64,000 nucleotides of DNA, from NCBI GenBank assembly GCA_965204745.1, contig OZ242010.1:1984001-2048000 (forward strand), written 5' to 3'. The notes beneath the pieces are model-generated. The model did not search any database and was not told the origin of the DNA. It was given only the letters and a program-made list of their open reading frames with translations. Source of the DNA: Candidatus Latescibacterota bacterium (GTDB taxonomy: Bacteria > Latescibacterota > UBA2968). The translations under genes were made by a program, and so were the position numbers. Below are positions 59,330 to 64,000 of the stretch, in pieces. Within the stretch, counting starts at the first letter, position 1. Every line of letters begins with the position of its first letter.

Positions 59330-60592
59330 ATGCCTGCGTTAGCGGAGGTCTATTCGGTGATCCCGGAAAATTTTGGTTTTGATGCGCGGAAGATCAACCG
59401 CGCCGAGCGAGTTTTACAACGCCATGTGTCGATGCGGACCACGCCCGGCGCCGTGGGGCTCGCGTTGCGCCGCAAGGGCGTTGTCGCATGTTGGGCCGTG
59501 GGGCGTCATACTTATCAGGCGGATGCCGCGCCCGTGCAAGTCCATACCCTGTACGACTTGGCTTCTGTCACCAAGGTCGTCGCCACGACAACGCTTTGTA
59601 TGTTGTTCGCGGATGAAGGCCGTCTCGATCTCGCCGCGCCCGTGCAGTCCTATCTGCCTGATTTTGTGGGAAAGAATAAGGATCGCGTTACCGTTCGGCA
59701 TCTGCTCGCGCATTGCAGTGGCCTGCCCGCGCATGTGCATCTTTACAAAGGGGAGAGGGGAGAGGTAAGAGGTAAGAGGGGAGAGGTAAGAGGGGAGAGG
59801 CAAGAGGGGAGAGGGGAGAGAGAGGTAAGAGGCGAGAGGCAAGAGGCAAGAGGGGAGAGAGAGGCAAGAGGCAAGAGGGGAGAGGAGAAAGGAGAGAGGG
59901 CACTGTGGCCCGCCCGACAGCGGGAGGCGCTGTTCGATGTGGCGTGTCGGTTGCCTTTGGTTTATGAACCGGGGACGGGGACCGCGTATAGCGATATGGG
60001 CTTCCTCGTTTTGGGCAAGGTGTTGGAGACTATCGGCGAGGGGCGGTTGGATGTGCTCGCCAAACAGCGCGTTTTTGAGCCGCTCGCAATGCGCGACACC
60101 TTGTACTGTCCATCTCCCGATCTCCTGCATCGCATTCCCCCCACCGAGCGCGGCACCCATTTGCGCGATGGCCTCGTACACGGCGAAGTCCACGATGAAA
60201 ACGCCGCGGCAATGGGCGGTATCGCATCCCATGCGGGCCTGTTTTCCACAACGAGAGATCTGGCGAAGTTCCTGCGCGCATGGCTCGGCGCGGGCATTTT
60301 TCCCGAGCGGGGCATCCGCCAATTCACCACGCGGGCGAATATCGCGCCCAAAAGCACATGGGCACTCGGCTGGGACACGGTCTCACCCGGCATCAGTTCG
60401 AGCGGACGCCATTTTAGCGAACGAGCCTTCGGCGCCCTCGGATTCACCGGCACATCCGTTTGGGCAGACCCGATCCGCGACCTCGGCGTCGTCCTGCTCA
60501 CCAACCGCGTTCACCCCACGCGCGAGAACGCGCAAATCAAACACCTCCGCCCAGAATTTCACGACGCGATATCCGAAGCCCTGATCGAATAA
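59330..60592 (+). CDS. serine hydrolase (beta-lactamase class C-like) with low-complexity insertion
   Basis: LASVTK (SxxK), YSDMGF, GEVHDENA, HAGLFST, GFTGTS. Confidence 0.9.
   Translation: MPALAEVYSVIPENFGFDARKINRAERVLQRHVSMRTTPGAVGLALRRKGVVACWAVGRHTYQADAAPVQVHTLYDLASVTKVVATTTLCMLFADEGRLDLAAPVQSYLPDFVGKNKDRVTVRHLLAHCSGLPAHVHLYKGERGEVRGKRGEVRGERQEGRGEREVRGERQEARGEREARGKRGEEKGERALWPARQREALFDVACRLPLVYEPGTGTAYSDMGFLVLGKVLETIGEGRLDVLAKQRVFEPLAMRDTLYCPSPDLLHRIPPTERGTHLRDGLVHGEVHDENAAAMGGIASHAGLFSTTRDLAKFLRAWLGAGIFPERGIRQFTTRANIAPKSTWALGWDTVSPGISSSGRHFSERAFGALGFTGTSVWADPIRDLGVVLLTNRVHPTRENAQIKHLRPEFHDAISEALIE
59750..59900 (+). repeat. purine-rich heptamer array (AGAGGNR) inside CDS
   Basis: GAGAGGG/GAGAGGT/AAGAGGC units; reading frame preserved. 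Confidence 0.9.
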
Positions 60593-60631
60593 TGGACATT
60601 CCGCAACAACGCCTTTTTCGCGTCCATCCGT

Positions 60632-62551
60632 TTAATCCGCGATCCGGATTGTCCATGCGCCGCGGGGTTTGGGATTTTTGACCGTCAGCACGATTCTTCT
60701 CAACACATCGCCCCAGATGGCGTTGAGGCGGGGGTCTTTGATGGGGATGGTTTCGATAGCAATGTCGAACACATCCGCGTCGCAGTGCAAGTGCGCGGTG
60801 CCGGACACGCGGCCACCTGCCAGTTCTGCTTGGTTCAAGGCGAGCGTGCCATTGCCGCGGTCTTCAACCGTGCAGGCGGTCAACACATGCATGACGAGAT
60901 CGCCGGTGATGGCTTTTAGTGCGTATTGGTCCGTGATGGTCACGCCTTCGCCACGCTCCAAGGTGACGGTTCTGACCCACGAGTCGATCTGCGCTTCGGG
61001 CGGGTACGCTTGGGCGATGTCCAGCGTCATAGTGGCTGTTGCATCGTTTGCACCATGCGACACATCCCGTGCGGCAATGTCGTAGTGATAGTCGATCCCG
61101 GCGTCGGAATACACCCGCCCGGGCATCTGCATGTGTCCGTTCACCGTGGGCAAGGTGTGGTATTGGGATTGCATGGTCCAAATCTCATACCGCTCGCTGC
61201 TGAACGTCTTGGCCGTGTACGTCTCCACGCCGGCGTCCACGATCACGGGTTTGCCATCGACATAGACCACCACTTGCCCGATGTCATTGTGGTTGTGGCT
61301 CTCGGCATTGTGCCCGCCCTTCGCGCCCACGAAAAACCCATCGGACGACCCGGCGCGGTCACGCGCGACAAACACCTCGATTTCATCCAAAAACACATCG
61401 CGCGGCAATGGGGTCGCGGCCTTTGCGTCGAGGATTTCATCGAGCGAAAACAGCGCGGGCAATGCGCGGCCCATGCTCCCAAACGCTTCGGTGATGCCCT
61501 TCTCGGCGGCGCCTTGTCGGCGTGCGGCCCACGCGCCCAATGCCATCATGGATTCGTCGCCCACGCGCTTCCCATAGCCATAGACCACGGCAAAGGCGGG
61601 CATCACCACAGGCGACGCGTCGGCAAAGTTGATGAAGTATTGATCGGCAATTTGCACGCGGTAGATGAACTTGCCGATGTTCTGAATCAGCGGCTCGTCG
61701 TACACATCTATCGCGCCGCGGGTCGCGCTGTGCAGCCATTCCAAGCAGTCGTAGAGCGCGGCACCCGCGCGGCCCCAATAGCCCGGGCCCTCGTCGCACC
61801 CGCCATCTTTGGGATAGGGATCGATGAAATGATCCACTGTCTCCATCGCTTTGAACACCGCGGAAACCCGGCGCGCCTCATCGGTTTCCATCAGCAAATT
61901 CGAGGTCAGCCAGTTCGACGCGATCCACGGATTCCAGTTGTTCACGCGCGCCCCCGAATAGCCCATCCAGCCAAAATCCTCGCGTTCCAACAACGGCGTC
62001 AAGATGCGGGATTGAATTTCGCGGGCGATGCGGGGGACGATCAGCGGCGAGACCGAGTCGAGTTGTGGGCCGAGCAAATACGCGGTCCACGCCAGCAACT
62101 CGGAGGTCTCTGCGGCGAAAAGATCGACAATCGGCTCGGCGGTATCGGGCAACCCGCTGCCGGCCTGTTGCACGCCGATGTGCGCGGGCACGCCCCAAAA
62201 GGATTCTTCGCAGATGCACCACACGCCATTTGTAATCTCGTCCAAAAAACGACCCTCGTCCTCCGCGCATTCGGCCAGCACGAGATCGGCCAGGGCAGTG
62301 CGCCGCCCAAAACTCAGGGCTTCGTAGCGCGAGCGATTGCCATTGCGCGCATAATCCAAAAAGCGCGTTGCGGGCACGGGCGGCCAGTCAAAATTCAGGC
62401 GGTCTTCCCCGCGTGCGATTTGCGCTTGCCGAACGCGCTCGGGCAACGCCTCCCACGCATCGCGCCTAGACGCGGTCGGAAAGGGCCGCCAGTCAGCGCG
62501 GGGAATCAAAACATCGCGCACCCTGGCTTTGGAATAGAGTTGTGAAAGCAT
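60632..62551 (-). CDS. heparinase II/III family protein
   Basis: NNWNPW, DGGCDEGPGYW, INFAD, KGGHNAESHNHND.G. Confidence 0.88.
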   Translation of the reverse strand: MLSQLYSKARVRDVLIPRADWRPFPTASRRDAWEALPERVRQAQIARGEDRLNFDWPPVPATRFLDYARNGNRSRYEALSFGRRTALADLVLAECAEDEGRFLDEITNGVWCICEESFWGVPAHIGVQQAGSGLPDTAEPIVDLFAAETSELLAWTAYLLGPQLDSVSPLIVPRIAREIQSRILTPLLEREDFGWMGYSGARVNNWNPWIASNWLTSNLLMETDEARRVSAVFKAMETVDHFIDPYPKDGGCDEGPGYWGRAGAALYDCLEWLHSATRGAIDVYDEPLIQNIGKFIYRVQIADQYFINFADASPVVMPAFAVVYGYGKRVGDESMMALGAWAARRQGAAEKGITEAFGSMGRALPALFSLDEILDAKAATPLPRDVFLDEIEVFVARDRAGSSDGFFVGAKGGHNAESHNHNDIGQVVVYVDGKPVIVDAGVETYTAKTFSSERYEIWTMQSQYHTLPTVNGHMQMPGRVYSDAGIDYHYDIAARDVSHGANDATATMTLDIAQAYPPEAQIDSWVRTVTLERGEGVTITDQYALKAITGDLVMHVLTACTVEDRGNGTLALNQAELAGGRVSGTAHLHCDADVFDIAIETIPIKDPRLNAIWGDVLRRIVLTVKNPKPRGAWTIRIAD

Positions 62552-62605
62552 GATCTTCTCCTTATTTTTTTAGCATCTACCACGACATCACGCGAAGGGA
62601 ACGCC

Positions 62606-63589
62606 ATGGCACTTCGGATCGCACAAATCGGCTCTGACGGACATCAGAACATGGTGCTCGACGGCATCGCGCAGATTTCAGACGCGCAGTTGGTCGCGTG
62701 TGCAAAGGGACAGGCAGAGGATGCGTTGGACGCGGTCAAAAAGCACGTTGGCGCGCACACCCGCATCTATGACGATTATCGCGAGATGCTCGACTCGGAG
62801 GACATCGATCTGGTCGGCATTTGCCGGCCGTATTCGCTCAACGCCGAAGCGTCGATAGCCGCTGCACGGCGCGGGATCGACATCGTCAGCGAAAAACCGG
62901 TGGCGACCACATTGGCGGATTTGGACGCACTCGAAACCGCAGTCAAAGACAACGGCATTCGCCTCACCGCCATGTTTGGGACGCGCCTATCGCCCGCTTT
63001 TCGGGCGGCACACCGAGCCGTGCGAGAGGGGCTGATCGGCGAACCCATTTTGGCAACCGCGCAAAAATCCTACCGCTTTGGCACGCGCGCTGACTTTTTC
63101 AAACAGCGAGAAACTTATGGCGGGACAATCCCATGGGTCGCAATCCACGCGGTGGACTACACGCGCTGGGCGAGCGGGCAGGAATACTCACAAGTCGCCG
63201 CGCTACACGGCAACCTCGCGCATCCGGACTATCCGGGGTGCGAAGATCACGGTGGCCTTCTCTTTCGCTTTGCCAATGGCGGCACCGCCGCGATCCACTT
63301 TGATTATTTGCGCCCCGGCACTGCGCCCACGCACGGCGACGACCGCCTCCGCATCGCCGGTTCAAAAGGCGTCATCGAAGTGATCCATGACCGCGCTCAC
63401 CTGATCCGCTCGGGCCATGCCCCCTGCGATTTGCCCTTGGGGATCGAGGAGAATTTTCTCGTCAATCTCTACGCCGAGCGCACGGGCAAATCCCCCCACA
63501 TTATCGGCCCTGACGAAGCCATTCACGTCACGCGCATCTGCCTCTACGCCCGCGAAGCCGCGGACACGGGGAAGGTGGTGGCGTTGTGA
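62606..63589 (+). CDS. Gfo/Idh/MocA family oxidoreductase
   Basis: YDDYREMLD, VSEKPVA, GLIGEP, GGTIPWVAIH..D. Confidence 0.9.
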   Translation: MALRIAQIGSDGHQNMVLDGIAQISDAQLVACAKGQAEDALDAVKKHVGAHTRIYDDYREMLDSEDIDLVGICRPYSLNAEASIAAARRGIDIVSEKPVATTLADLDALETAVKDNGIRLTAMFGTRLSPAFRAAHRAVREGLIGEPILATAQKSYRFGTRADFFKQRETYGGTIPWVAIHAVDYTRWASGQEYSQVAALHGNLAHPDYPGCEDHGGLLFRFANGGTAAIHFDYLRPGTAPTHGDDRLRIAGSKGVIEVIHDRAHLIRSGHAPCDLPLGIEENFLVNLYAERTGKSPHIIGPDEAIHVTRICLYAREAADTGKVVAL

Positions 63590-63639
63590 TCTCCCCGCCG
63601 CCAAGCGGTCAGTTGTCAGTTGTCAGTTGTCAATGCGAA

Positions 63640-64000
63640 TTAAGAGTAGAAAGCGAGTAAGAAGCAAGCCGCGGTCAATCGCCCAAAGACATGAACGAGT
63701 AAGCCCTCATAGGATCGTACCCGAGACGCCATCGAGATGTTCGTCTTTCGTTCAATCCAACTGAACAAGGCCTCTATAGGCTGTCGCATGCTCGAAACCG
63801 CCCGAGAAAAGTCTTTTTCGGCCTCGGTCAGGCTTTCTTGCCCCTTTTTTCGCTTCACCGGCGTCTCGAAGATCAGGTTCTGCTGTTTGCTAAGCGTGTC
63901 TTTTAAGGGCTGATCGGCGTAGATTTTATCGCCGTAGAGGTGTCCATCACGCAAAACGGGTAAGACATGTCGCAAAGCAGTCAGGTCATGCTCTGCTGCA
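63640..64000 (-). mobile_element. IS982-like DDE transposase, 3' part (continues beyond window)
   Basis: LYGDKIY, TPVKRKKGQ, VSSMRQPIEALFSWI, ASRVRSYEGLLVHVFG. Confidence 0.8.

Noticed and set aside
60926-62545. 539-aa plus-strand ORF (similarly 39952-41301, 1946-2734, 48164-48988, 50128-51339)
   Set aside because: Shadow ORFs antisense to well-supported genes, expected from high-GC codon bias

Overview
This is a GC-rich bacterial chromosome segment. Housekeeping genes are hisS-aspS, phoH-HD-ybeY-CNNM/corC, initiator tRNA-Met, argH and surE, mixed with many catabolic, transport and secreted-protein genes. The C-terminal DxDGDGxVGFxDF motif, DUF6785-type transporter and WD40 surface protein suggest a Latescibacterota/Gemmatimonadota/Poribacteria-like organism (inference only). 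The most striking feature is a ~14-kb co-directional cluster (6760-20715). It encodes a double Zn-ribbon/beta-rich protein, a membrane vWA protein, a membrane trypsin-like protease, a 1140-aa tubulin-like GTPase, a Zn-ribbon/Hsp70-like ATPase, a membrane-anchored GrpE-like protein, a ZorA/MotA-like channel with a long helical tail, and a 55-aa MotB/ZorB-like peptide missed by the ORF track. I do not recognise this combination as a described system. An IS607 element with a pro-Fanzor-type TnpB splits a CBS gene and can be excised in silico to restore the frame. Four copies of a TA-targeting MITE are present, one interrupting a metalloprotease-WD40 gene in a precisely reversible way. Also present are several REP-like and heptamer repeat families, a remodelled restriction-modification locus (helicase remnant, MTase with a low-GC TRD, putative PD-(D/E)xK nuclease, DprA-like gene between direct repeats), a Zn-finger-HEPN-like fusion, and a partial IS982 transposase at the right edge. 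All calls come from motif reading; no database search was run.
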